From a virus (taxonomy: Duplodnaviria > Caudoviricetes), in IMG/VR virus record IMGVR_UViG_3300034520_000094, positions 1,522-65,521 of that record: 64,000 nt of DNA, one strand, 5' to 3'. A model generated the notes under the pieces. The model was given only the letters and a program-made list of their open reading frames with translations, searched no databases and had not been told where the DNA came from. This document shows positions 38,373-47,242 of this stretch, piece after piece. The translations under genes were made by a program, and so were the position numbers. Every line of letters starts with the position of its first letter. The stretch's first letter is position 1.

Positions 38373-39467
38373 GTGAATCAGATGGGTGAAGAGAAACAGT
38401 TGTCGCTTATGGATTTGTTAGCCGAACTTAGAGGAGAAGCAAGTGCAGAAGTGCAGAAAGAAGCGTGGTTGTACGAGCAAAGCAAGGCGTTTGTAAGAAA
38501 GAATAGAGCGGGGATAATGTCTGCCATGATAAAGGCATTGCGCATGCAAAAGACGAAGCATGCTTTGTTTTATGGAGCGTTGCTGTTAGAAGGCGGGCAA
38601 GACATTTTTTATGTTAGACGAAGGCTGTTGATTGATGCTTGTGAAGACGGTGTAGATACGAATGTAATTGAGTATATGGCAAAGTTGTATCAGAAGCCAC
38701 TTAAACAAACGTCTGAGTTAGATTTGTTGCTTGGGATAGTGATGATTTGTCAAGGGGCGAATTGGTGGAATTGTGAGTATGGCCAAAAGAAGACGTCGGT
38801 GTTTTTGACGTCAAAAAATGTTCCGACGCCTGAGTCTGATAGCATAGAAGAATTGATGAATGAGATGGAAAGGCTTTGCTTTGAGGGTGGATATGAGAAC
38901 GCAAGAAAGAGTAGTGCTGTTTTAAGACGTTTGAGGGAATTAAAGCAAGACCCGCATGATTATCATGAATGGTTGACAGATGCTTGTATCAGAAAAGGGA
39001 AGCAGATTGGCGATGAAGGATTGGTTCGGGCAGGAACGTATGCAAGTAAGGTGTTGAATAGAAGGACAGGATTTAAGGATGGGAATTGGCAGTTAGTGCT
39101 TCGTTGCATGCTATGTATGGGTAGTACGCCTGGGATTCCGTCGTATGAAGAAGCGACAGCTAATGCTCTGAAGCTGTATTCGCTTTGTAAGAAGTTCTTG
39201 TTAATTGCTAAAGAACGGTTAAAAGACCCAACTTCAATCGAATTGCCGTCTTGGGCGTATGATGGGATGCATGCTAGCAATAAGAAGTTGTACCCGATTC
39301 CAGATAGAAGATTTCCTGGAACGGAGCAAGGGTTTTATAATGGTTTGTTGCAGGCGAGAAAGTATGGGCGATTAGACCCGAGAGACCAGGCTGTATTGGA
39401 TAGTTGCAAAGTGCCAGACGAATATTTGCGGTTGTATAATGAATGGATAGACGATGTGGAAGCATAG
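38373..39467 (+). CDS. Protein with RarA/MgsA C-terminal-like domain, no ATPase
   Basis: MSAMIKALR...ALFYG..LLEGG..FYVRRRLLIDACED resembles RarA C-domain; WAYDGMH. Confidence 0.55.
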   Translation: MNQMGEEKQLSLMDLLAELRGEASAEVQKEAWLYEQSKAFVRKNRAGIMSAMIKALRMQKTKHALFYGALLLEGGQDIFYVRRRLLIDACEDGVDTNVIEYMAKLYQKPLKQTSELDLLLGIVMICQGANWWNCEYGQKKTSVFLTSKNVPTPESDSIEELMNEMERLCFEGGYENARKSSAVLRRLRELKQDPHDYHEWLTDACIRKGKQIGDEGLVRAGTYASKVLNRRTGFKDGNWQLVLRCMLCMGSTPGIPSYEEATANALKLYSLCKKFLLIAKERLKDPTSIELPSWAYDGMHASNKKLYPIPDRRFPGTEQGFYNGLLQARKYGRLDPRDQAVLDSCKVPDEYLRLYNEWIDDVEA

Positions 39468-39485
39468 AAAAGGAGGTTTTGTTCG

Positions 39486-40136
39486 TTGAATTACGATGCA
39501 GAAAAGATAGCTGATTTCTTCTCGAATGGTGAGAAGTGGCGGGATGCTCAGGACGAGATTACGCTCATGCATATGAACACACGAACGCAGACTGTTTTGA
39601 TGGGAATAATCATAGACGAGATAAGAAAGGTTATGAATAGAAAGTTCGGTGCTGTTCGGCTTATTGATGTTGGCTGTGGGACTGGCATGCTGCTGGATTA
39701 TCTTGACGAAGCAAAGCTATTGCACAGGGTGATTTCGTATATTGGGTATGACATAGTAGAAAAGTTTTTGGCTCTTGCTGTTGAGAGGGCCAAAAAGTAC
39801 AGAACGTTGATTACTTTGAGGAATGCTGATTTCTTTGCTGAAGAAGACGGAGACAAAGCCGATATTGTTATTGCTACGCAATGTTTGAATACGGTGTTTA
39901 CAGACGACCAGTATGGGTTTATAGCATTGGCAATAAGAAAATTGTGGGAAAGAGCAACAGATACTGTGATATTTGACGTAAAAGATGTAGAAGCTCCGTA
40001 TATCCATCCGAATCGTTTGTACTATGACCCAGAGCGTGTGTATAGCCTTTGCAGAGGAATAACGCAGAATGTTACGATTAAGCAAGCAACCAAAGCAAAT
40101 TTTACAGTTGTGCTTAGTAAAGAAGAATTGTTTTAG
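39486..40136 (+). CDS. Class I SAM-dependent methyltransferase
   Basis: LIDVGCGTG, YIGYDI, ADF, DIVIA. Confidence 0.88.
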   Translation: MNYDAEKIADFFSNGEKWRDAQDEITLMHMNTRTQTVLMGIIIDEIRKVMNRKFGAVRLIDVGCGTGMLLDYLDEAKLLHRVISYIGYDIVEKFLALAVERAKKYRTLITLRNADFFAEEDGDKADIVIATQCLNTVFTDDQYGFIALAIRKLWERATDTVIFDVKDVEAPYIHPNRLYYDPERVYSLCRGITQNVTIKQATKANFTVVLSKEELF

Positions 40137-40152
40137 AATAGAGGTGTAGCAA

Positions 40153-41406
40153 GTGAAGGTTTTGCTGATTGGAGCAGATGGGCGAGTGTACTCAATGGCA
40201 AAGAACATGGCCGAGCATGGCCATGTCCTCGCTGTTGTTGGAGGGCGGGAATATATGTCTGGTTTTTTCGACACGATGATTGATGCACCGCCTGACGACG
40301 AGAAAGTGATTTTTAGCTTAGTAGACGAGTTTAAGCCTGACTTGATTGTTCCTGTTAGTTATGAGACAGGTTATGCTGGAATTGTGAATAAGCTGAGAGA
40401 CAAAGGCTATCGTGTTTTTGGTGCGTCCAAGCAAGGAGTTTTGTTAGAAGCAAGTAAGATTGTTGGATTGTCCGTTGCTGTAATGAATAGAGTACCTGTT
40501 GCGCCGTTTGTAGTTGTGCATGACAAAGAACAGGTGCTGGAAGCGTTGCAAGAGGACAAAAGAAACAGAGTTGTGAAACGAATTGGTTTTGCTGGAGGAC
40601 GAGGAGTAAGAGTTTTAGACACAGAAGAAGAGGTGTTGGAGCAAGCCTTGGCTGTTATAGAGCAAGACGGTGTTGCAATGATTCAGAGAGAGATACGTGG
40701 GATTCCTGTTAACGTTGTCTGGATTCAGACTCCGAGCGGACCTGTGCAGCTATGCTTGCAGACAGACTATAAGAAGACGTATAGTGGAGACCTTGGTCCG
40801 TTTTGTGGAGCAATGGGAGCAGCTGTTTGGAACCATGTTCCGACGGGTGTGCTAAAAACCATAATTGCTCCAATGAATGATTATTTGATTAGTATTGGCT
40901 ATTTTGGCAGAGTAGGCTTGGATTGTATGTATGAGTATGAATCAGGAAAGCTGTATGCTATAGAGTGGACAGCACGGTTTGGTGTACCGACAACCGAGAC
41001 TATGCTTGCTACGTGGGATGATGATTTTGCGGAATTGTTTGTAAGTTGGCTAGATGGGTCTAGAAATCAGCCTAAGCTTAAAGGAAAAGTTGGCATTGGT
41101 GTTGCGATTGCTGGTGGTGGGTACCCATATCCAAATGCAGTGAAGCAAGGGTTGCCTGTTACAGTCAAAGGAGAATTAGATAATGTTATTCCGATGGGAG
41201 TATATGGTAAGTTAGGCGAGCTAAAGACGATGGGTGGCAGGCACTTTGTTGCTGTTGGACACGGGAATACAGTAGCAGAGGCAAGGAGCAATGCTTATGA
41301 AGCTGTAAAGAAAGTTAGCTTTACGGATATGTTCTATAGAACAGATATTGGAGAAGATATGTTGCAAAATAGTGTTTTTGATGAAATAGAATTGGGGTGG
41401 AAGTGA
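40153..41406 (+). CDS. PurD (GAR synthetase)-like ATP-grasp ligase, divergent
   Basis: MKVLLIG, LEASK, GGRGV, DLGP..GAMG, IEW.ARFG, GGYP, TMGGR, FYRTDIG cover full PurD length. Confidence 0.85.
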   Translation: MKVLLIGADGRVYSMAKNMAEHGHVLAVVGGREYMSGFFDTMIDAPPDDEKVIFSLVDEFKPDLIVPVSYETGYAGIVNKLRDKGYRVFGASKQGVLLEASKIVGLSVAVMNRVPVAPFVVVHDKEQVLEALQEDKRNRVVKRIGFAGGRGVRVLDTEEEVLEQALAVIEQDGVAMIQREIRGIPVNVVWIQTPSGPVQLCLQTDYKKTYSGDLGPFCGAMGAAVWNHVPTGVLKTIIAPMNDYLISIGYFGRVGLDCMYEYESGKLYAIEWTARFGVPTTETMLATWDDDFAELFVSWLDGSRNQPKLKGKVGIGVAIAGGGYPYPNAVKQGLPVTVKGELDNVIPMGVYGKLGELKTMGGRHFVAVGHGNTVAEARSNAYEAVKKVSFTDMFYRTDIGEDMLQNSVFDEIELGWK

Positions 41407-42107
41407 TGGGAAAGACAGTTTGTGTGTATCAGCCAGGGTACTTTCAGCCTTTGCATTATTTTGCACGGATTTATGAATCAGATGTTTTTGCTAGTTTAGC
41501 TGGTGCACAGTTAGTGCGTCGGAATGGCCAGCACAGGGCAAAGTTATATGATTATGATTTGACGGTGCCTGTTAGTGGCGGGCATAGGCAGTCTTTGGAA
41601 AAGGCGATTCCTTGCTATGACCAGAGGTGGGTTGACAAGCATTTGACTTCGCTAAGATACATGTATGGAAAGGCTCTGTTTTACAAAGATACGATTGCAA
41701 TAGTAGAGATGCTGCTACGACATGCTGAGCAGGAGCATTGGTCATTGGCCAAGATTGGATTAGAGACTGTACGAATAGTTATGGACTTGGCTGGGTGGCG
41801 TGGAGATATCTTGGAAGTGCACGAAAAGCCAGCTGGTCTAGATGCTTCGGATTGGATGTTGCACATTGTATTGGAGTGCGGAGGAGATACGTACATTTGC
41901 GGGCAGCCAGCTTTCAACAACTATTTGCGTGCTGCTGACTTTGAGAAGAAAGGAATAAAAGTTAAAGTACAGGATTGGATATGCCCAGTGTATAAGCAAA
42001 AGTCTGCCAATTTTAAGGCGAATCTTTCAGTCTTAGATGCATTGATGTTTTGTGATGTAGAAGAGTTTTTGCAGGTACTGAAAGGAGTATGTAGATGCGA
42101 ATCTTGA
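41406..42107 (+). CDS. WbqC-like family protein
   Basis: YQPGYF...YFARI..SDVF, LTVPV, KH...Y.KA.F, Y.Q...F..NLSVLDAL. Confidence 0.85.
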   Translation: MGKTVCVYQPGYFQPLHYFARIYESDVFASLAGAQLVRRNGQHRAKLYDYDLTVPVSGGHRQSLEKAIPCYDQRWVDKHLTSLRYMYGKALFYKDTIAIVEMLLRHAEQEHWSLAKIGLETVRIVMDLAGWRGDILEVHEKPAGLDASDWMLHIVLECGGDTYICGQPAFNNYLRAADFEKKGIKVKVQDWICPVYKQKSANFKANLSVLDALMFCDVEEFLQVLKGVCRCES

Positions 42108-43543
42108 TTGTGCCCCAGATAGGTTTGAGGAATATTCATGCTGATAGCCGCTATTTGGCCTCGTTGGATTTGGCTGAGCATTTGATAAAGCACGGACATT
42201 TTTGTTACATGTGGGTGCCTGAATACGCTCAAGACCAAGTAGACCGTATGCAGGGTTTGATGTATGTATATAAAGATTACGGATATGATTTTTATACGGA
42301 AATGGGAATGGTGAACCTGCAAGATTTAGCAGATTTGTTTTCTCGCACTTGCGGCAAGTATTATGTAGATGCTATTGTTACAGACATTGGTGCACAAGTT
42401 CCGATTTATCAGTTAGCTTTGTCTGACATTATCCATAAGTCAGATATGCCATGCATGATAATTTATCCTGCTGTATATGAATTGCAGGAGAACAGAGATT
42501 ACACAAGAATGTTTTTTGCGCTGCAAGCTCTTGGCAATGCGTATTCAGTTCCTGTCTTTATTGCTCCGCATCAGAAGAGTGTGTCGCTAAGAAATGCCAG
42601 AAAGTTTTTAGCTCCAACAGAAGTTAAGAAGATAGATAAGAATGCTTTGATGGTGTCTGTTGGCGTTCCATGCGAACGTGTAGACCGAATTAAGCAGAGC
42701 TTAGGTGGCAAGAAGTTTGACAAGTTTACTTTGTTTTTTGGCGCAAGGTTAAACCATGTTAAGCAGCCAGAATTGATATTTGATTTGTACGCAAAGTTTA
42801 TTGCTTCTGGAAAAAATGCACAGATAAAGATTACGACGAATACGTCTTCTTTGAAGTTCTTTACGTATACAGCGGGCAAAGAAGCTTATGAAAAAGTTAA
42901 GGATGTAGTAGACATTACGTTTGAGTGCCCGAGAGATACGTATCTGGAGATTGCATTGCAAAGTCATGTCGCTATTTGCTGGTCTACGTCTGAAGGGTTT
43001 CCGACAGGTTTTTGGGAACAGATGTATATGGGCTTGCCTGTTTTGTTCCACAAAGAAGAATGGGCTGTGTCTCAGTTGCCTGACTGGTACCCGTGGGTAT
43101 TCAGTACCAAGCAAGAAGCGTTTGGGATGTTGACGTATATCTACGAAAATTATGCCCAGGTAGCCAAGGACATGGAAAGGATGCAGGAGTTTATTAGAGA
43201 GCATTATAGTGCTAGAACTACGTATGATGTGATGGAAGATAGTTTGATAAAGCTAGACGAGAAAATGAACATTGGCTATAAGCGATTCAGTGGTGTTAGT
43301 AAGATGATTGAGCAAGCAAAAGAATTGCTTGAGCCTGGACAGATTGTTACAGTGCCACGAATGTTAAGCATATTGAATCAGATAGGACGTAGTTTTCCTG
43401 TAAAGAATAAAGATAGAATAGGAAATGCTAATATGCCGAAAGACTATGAAGTATACAGAATGCTGTTGGCAGCTGGATTTAAGGACACGTTCAAGACGCC
43501 GTCTCCGCAGTTGATTGTACCTGAAAGGAGCGAAAAGAAGTGA
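42095..43543 (+). CDS. GT-B glycosyltransferase (GT4-like) 1
   Basis: FGARLNHVKQPE; SEGFPTGFWE (EX7E) + GLPV. Confidence 0.8.
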   Translation: MRILIVPQIGLRNIHADSRYLASLDLAEHLIKHGHFCYMWVPEYAQDQVDRMQGLMYVYKDYGYDFYTEMGMVNLQDLADLFSRTCGKYYVDAIVTDIGAQVPIYQLALSDIIHKSDMPCMIIYPAVYELQENRDYTRMFFALQALGNAYSVPVFIAPHQKSVSLRNARKFLAPTEVKKIDKNALMVSVGVPCERVDRIKQSLGGKKFDKFTLFFGARLNHVKQPELIFDLYAKFIASGKNAQIKITTNTSSLKFFTYTAGKEAYEKVKDVVDITFECPRDTYLEIALQSHVAICWSTSEGFPTGFWEQMYMGLPVLFHKEEWAVSQLPDWYPWVFSTKQEAFGMLTYIYENYAQVAKDMERMQEFIREHYSARTTYDVMEDSLIKLDEKMNIGYKRFSGVSKMIEQAKELLEPGQIVTVPRMLSILNQIGRSFPVKNKDRIGNANMPKDYEVYRMLLAAGFKDTFKTPSPQLIVPERSEKK

Positions 43544-44370
43544 GGATATTAGTTACGGGTGGCAGCGGGTTTATTGGTACGCATTTAGTTAAAGCTTTGA
43601 AGGGAAAAGGATATTTTGTTATTGTTGTCGATAAGAAAGCTGAAAAGCCGATAGACATCCTGAATGAAGATAGTTTAGATTCTGCTTTCTCGCAGTTTCG
43701 ACCAGATGCAGTTGTTCATCTAGCAGCTGCTAAGCGTGGAGACCAAGATGCGATTTATAGAAACAATGTGGGTGGAACGCTGAATGTAGTGGGTGCTTGC
43801 AAGAGATTCGGAGTGAAACGACTTTTGTTTGCGTCCACGTCTGCTGTGTATGGCCATGACCAACAAGTTGAATGGGCAGATTGCAGGCCAACGTCTGCTT
43901 ATGGTAGAAGCAAGCTGATTGGAGAGCATTTAGTTGTTGCTGGTGGAACGCCAAGTATTGTGTTTCGACTGTTTAATGTGTATGGAACTGGCGGGGAGAG
44001 CGTAGTGAACGTATTGGATTCATGTTTAAGAACTGGCGATGTGTTTACGGTGTTTAACAGAGGGATTATGAAGCGTGATTTTATCCCAGTAGAGATGGTT
44101 GTTTCGGCTATGCTGTACGGACTGGAGCATGATGCAGCTGATTTGCTAGGAACAGTAAACGTTGGAACTGGTTGTGGCTTTAGTGTTCAAGAATTAGTAG
44201 ATTTGGCCAGAACTTGTGGTAGTCTTGCTTATGTTGTGGAAGAGAAGTCTAAGCGAGTGGACACGTATCATAGTGTAGCTGACATCAGCAAAGGGTCTTT
44301 GTTCCTGGATTTGAAGCGGTCAAGGAAGCAGCTAGAAGAAAACTTGCTAAAGTTTTGGAGGCGGCCATGA
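43540..44370 (+). CDS. NAD-dependent NDP-sugar epimerase/dehydratase
   Basis: TGGSGFIG, HLAA, STSAVYG, YGRSK, RLFNVYG, RDFI. Confidence 0.93.
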   Translation: MRILVTGGSGFIGTHLVKALKGKGYFVIVVDKKAEKPIDILNEDSLDSAFSQFRPDAVVHLAAAKRGDQDAIYRNNVGGTLNVVGACKRFGVKRLLFASTSAVYGHDQQVEWADCRPTSAYGRSKLIGEHLVVAGGTPSIVFRLFNVYGTGGESVVNVLDSCLRTGDVFTVFNRGIMKRDFIPVEMVVSAMLYGLEHDAADLLGTVNVGTGCGFSVQELVDLARTCGSLAYVVEEKSKRVDTYHSVADISKGSLFLDLKRSRKQLEENLLKFWRRP

Positions 44371-45809
44371 GAATAGTAGTGAATCCGACTTATTGGACAG
44401 GTAATGTTATGGGTCATAGTATCAGTTTGAGTGCGATTAACACCGCAAAAGCTTTGTCTGCCTTGCCGAATGTCCATGTAATTTTGCCTGTTCCGAAGGA
44501 TAGGACTTTGTGGGTGTACGATGATTCTGACCTGGACGGAATTGACGAAGTCATTGAAGTTGAGTACATGGATAAGATTATGACGCATTTTGCCACAGAG
44601 GATTGGTGGCGGCATTTTAATGTCGGTAGCGGTGATGTGTTCTACGATGTTATGTTGGAGTTTAATGCTAAGATGGCATTGCAGATGGAGAACTGGGCGT
44701 TGGTTGGTAATTATCAGACAAAGTTCTTTTTGCCTGCTCCGATGACTGTAACTACTGTTATTCGTCCAGCGTTTTTGATTTATGAATTGAGGCGAAGGCC
44801 ACATGCTCATGTTCTTGAAACGCTTGCTCAAGCTACGCTGTCGACCATGTTTTTGACTGAGCACCAGAAAATGCTAGCTGAAGAAGCGGCACGACAGTAT
44901 TTAGCTCCAGCAAAGCTTCGTGGATTAGACGAACGGACAACGGTGATTCCGCATAGTATAGATGTAACACGTATTCAGTATAAGCAACGGCATAAACCAG
45001 ATAAAGTTCGGTTGATGTTTGCAACTACGCTGTCTGACGTAAAGAACGGAGACCGAATAGGGATTATGTATGATAAGCTGTTGAGATTAGGTAAGCCTGT
45101 AGAGTTTGTAGTGTCGCTTCCGTTTAGACGTGCGGCGACAGCTGACAGATATGCACAGGATGTTGTTGGCGAGTTGCGGGAAAAAGCGTATAAGACATTC
45201 GGAAAGAACATTGAATTGCATGTGAATCCACCGAGAGAGGAATATGAGCGTTTGTTGGAAGGGGCAGATGCGTTTGTTTGTATGTCTAGAAATGAGTCTT
45301 TTGGATTATCGTTTTTTGAACAGTTGCAGGCAGGCCAAGTTGGTATCTACTTGAAAGAGCCATGGCAGAAAGGGCTGTTGCCAGAGGAGTACCCGTTTGT
45401 TTGTGATACTGAAGAAGAAGTGTTTGCACGTCTGCTTTGGGTTGTAGATAACCTGGAAGAAGCACAAGCAAGGGTTGCTTTTATGAAGGACTGGCTAGCA
45501 CAGAATCTAAGTCAGGTTGTAGTTGCGAACAAGATGGAACAGTTTATGAGAAAGCAGTTTAACGTTAGCTTGGAAGCAGACCGAGAAGTAATGTCAAAGC
45601 AGTGGCTGTATAAGTGTTTAGAAGATACGCTAAAGAGAGACACGTATTCGCTTGAAGATGTGGCACGTGTTATCAAGGAAGAAAAGAGAACGAATATTTT
45701 TGCAGCTAGTACAGCATACGCTCATACTGTACGCAGAATGATGCAGTTGTTGGGATTTGAGGACACATTGAATAAGACTGGACTGCCAGTGTTTAAGAGA
45801 AAGGGGTAA
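44367..45809 (+). CDS. GT-B glycosyltransferase (GT4-like) 2
   Basis: VIPHSID, LSDVKN, ADAFVCMSRNESFGLSFFE (EX7E). Confidence 0.82.
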   Translation: MRIVVNPTYWTGNVMGHSISLSAINTAKALSALPNVHVILPVPKDRTLWVYDDSDLDGIDEVIEVEYMDKIMTHFATEDWWRHFNVGSGDVFYDVMLEFNAKMALQMENWALVGNYQTKFFLPAPMTVTTVIRPAFLIYELRRRPHAHVLETLAQATLSTMFLTEHQKMLAEEAARQYLAPAKLRGLDERTTVIPHSIDVTRIQYKQRHKPDKVRLMFATTLSDVKNGDRIGIMYDKLLRLGKPVEFVVSLPFRRAATADRYAQDVVGELREKAYKTFGKNIELHVNPPREEYERLLEGADAFVCMSRNESFGLSFFEQLQAGQVGIYLKEPWQKGLLPEEYPFVCDTEEEVFARLLWVVDNLEEAQARVAFMKDWLAQNLSQVVVANKMEQFMRKQFNVSLEADREVMSKQWLYKCLEDTLKRDTYSLEDVARVIKEEKRTNIFAASTAYAHTVRRMMQLLGFEDTLNKTGLPVFKRKG

Positions 45810-45815
45810 AAAGAA

Positions 45816-46598
45816 ATGGACGAAAAACGAAGAGAAGTGGTGTATCTGGACATAGAGAAGGTAAAGCCGAATGACTGGAATCCGAATGTCCAGACTGAGT
45901 CAGTGTTCAATGCTTTGGCAGAGAACATTCAGGAAATAGGTATGACTGAACCAATTATGGTCAAGCCTGAGGAAGATGGAACGTATCTGCTTGTGTCAGG
46001 GTATCACAGATGGGAAGCATGTAAGACGTTGGGGTACAAAGAAATCCCTGCCTATGTAATGGACGAGTTTGATGAAGATGCGGCTAAGTTCCAGACAGTT
46101 CGTATGAATATGCTGAAAGGAAAGATAGACCCTGTCAAGTTCACGAAGCTGTTTGATGAAATGGCCGATAAGTATGGCAAAGACTTGACGAAGCAGATGA
46201 TGGCATTGGTAGACGAGAAAGCATTTCAGAACTTGTATGTGAATGTTAAGAAAGAGTTGCCGAAAGAGCTGCGGGATAAGATGGATAAGGCAAGAGGAGA
46301 TATGAAAACGGTTGATGACCTCAGCAGAATTTTGAATGAGATGTTCAGTAAGTACGGAGACACGCTCAAGAATAACTTTATGATATTTCAGTATGGTGGG
46401 AAAACGCATCTGTGGGTTATGATGAACGAGAAGCTAAAGAAAAAGCTGATTGACCAAGTAGTTGAGGAGATTAAAAGCGGCAATTTTGATATGTCTGAGT
46501 ATTTTTTGAAGCTGATTATGGAGCATAGTGATGATGTACTGAGTGAGCTAGAGCCGATAGGTACTGAAGAAAATTTGTTTGAGGAAGATGCTCAATGA
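45816..46598 (+). CDS. ParB/Srx-like N-terminal domain protein
   Basis: PNDWNPN...NIQEIGMTEPIMV...LVSGYHRWEA. Confidence 0.85.
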   Translation: MDEKRREVVYLDIEKVKPNDWNPNVQTESVFNALAENIQEIGMTEPIMVKPEEDGTYLLVSGYHRWEACKTLGYKEIPAYVMDEFDEDAAKFQTVRMNMLKGKIDPVKFTKLFDEMADKYGKDLTKQMMALVDEKAFQNLYVNVKKELPKELRDKMDKARGDMKTVDDLSRILNEMFSKYGDTLKNNFMIFQYGGKTHLWVMMNEKLKKKLIDQVVEEIKSGNFDMSEYFLKLIMEHSDDVLSELEPIGTEENLFEEDAQ

Positions 46599-46599
46599 A

Positions 46600-46860
46600 G
46601 AAAGCATATGCTTCAAATGCCTATTTTTAGAGCTTTTAGATGATTGTCTAAAATGGCTTCTAACGAATTTTTAGCGGGTGCCTAATATAATCCTACCTCT
46701 TTAGAAATTCAAAGGCCTTAAAACGAATCCTACAAGCAAGTTTTTTAGACCTCTTGTAGGATTCTTTGCTACTAGCCAATGATATAACTTATAAGTTATA
46801 TTTCAGCTAAAAATGGCATTAATGTAGGCATATTTTGCAATACAAAAGACAAATTTTAGA
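46600..46860. other. AT-rich non-coding region with nested inverted repeats
   Basis: 12-bp IR GAATCCTACAAG/CTTGTAGGATTC, 20-bp palindrome ATATAACTTATAAGTTATAT, further IRs. Confidence 0.6.
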
Positions 46861-46870
46861 TAATCCGCTC

Positions 46871-46899
46871 TTGACACAGAATTTACTATATGATATAAT
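46871..46899 (+). promoter_or_regulatory. sigmaA promoter (last copy)
   Basis: TTGACA-cagaatttactatatga-TATAAT. Confidence 0.85.
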
Positions 46900-46936
46900 A
46901 AAAGAAAAAACTATAACTAGAAAAAGGAGTGATTAG

Positions 46937-47242
46937 ATGGAGCAAGTGGCGAAAGATGATAAGGGAAAGCCAGAGTTAACTCGAGTGCCCAGGCAGATAA
47001 TTTGGGATATTGCTCGGGTTCGTGCATATGGCTATGAAAAGTATGGAACAGGAGCGGACAGATGGGACACGGTTGAGATACACAGGTATCAGAATGCAGC
47101 ATACAGGCATTGGTTAGCATACCTTGACGACCCAGATAGTGTGGATAGCGAAAGCGGATTACCGCATTTAGCACACCTTGCTTGTAACATTGCATTCCTG
47201 TGTGAATTGGAGAAGAGGAGGAAAGAACATGAGAGTAATTAA
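46937..47242 (+). CDS. dATP/dGTP diphosphohydrolase-like (DUF5664)
   Basis: KDDKGKP...YG..KYG...W...RY..AAYRH...DSESGLPHLAH.ACN. Confidence 0.8.
   Translation: MEQVAKDDKGKPELTRVPRQIIWDIARVRAYGYEKYGTGADRWDTVEIHRYQNAAYRHWLAYLDDPDSVDSESGLPHLAHLACNIAFLCELEKRRKEHESN

Noticed and set aside
39486-40136. DNA adenine/cytosine methyltransferase
   Set aside because: No DPPY/NPPY or PC catalytic motif; looks like a small-molecule/sugar methyltransferase.
40153-41406. PurZ / 2-aminoadenine (Z-genome) pathway
   Set aside because: The protein is PurD-fold (ATP-grasp), not PurA/PurZ; no PurZ seen in the window.
45816-46598. ParB as a plasmid-prophage partition system
   Set aside because: No ParA and no recognisable parS-binding HTH; context is the modification cluster.
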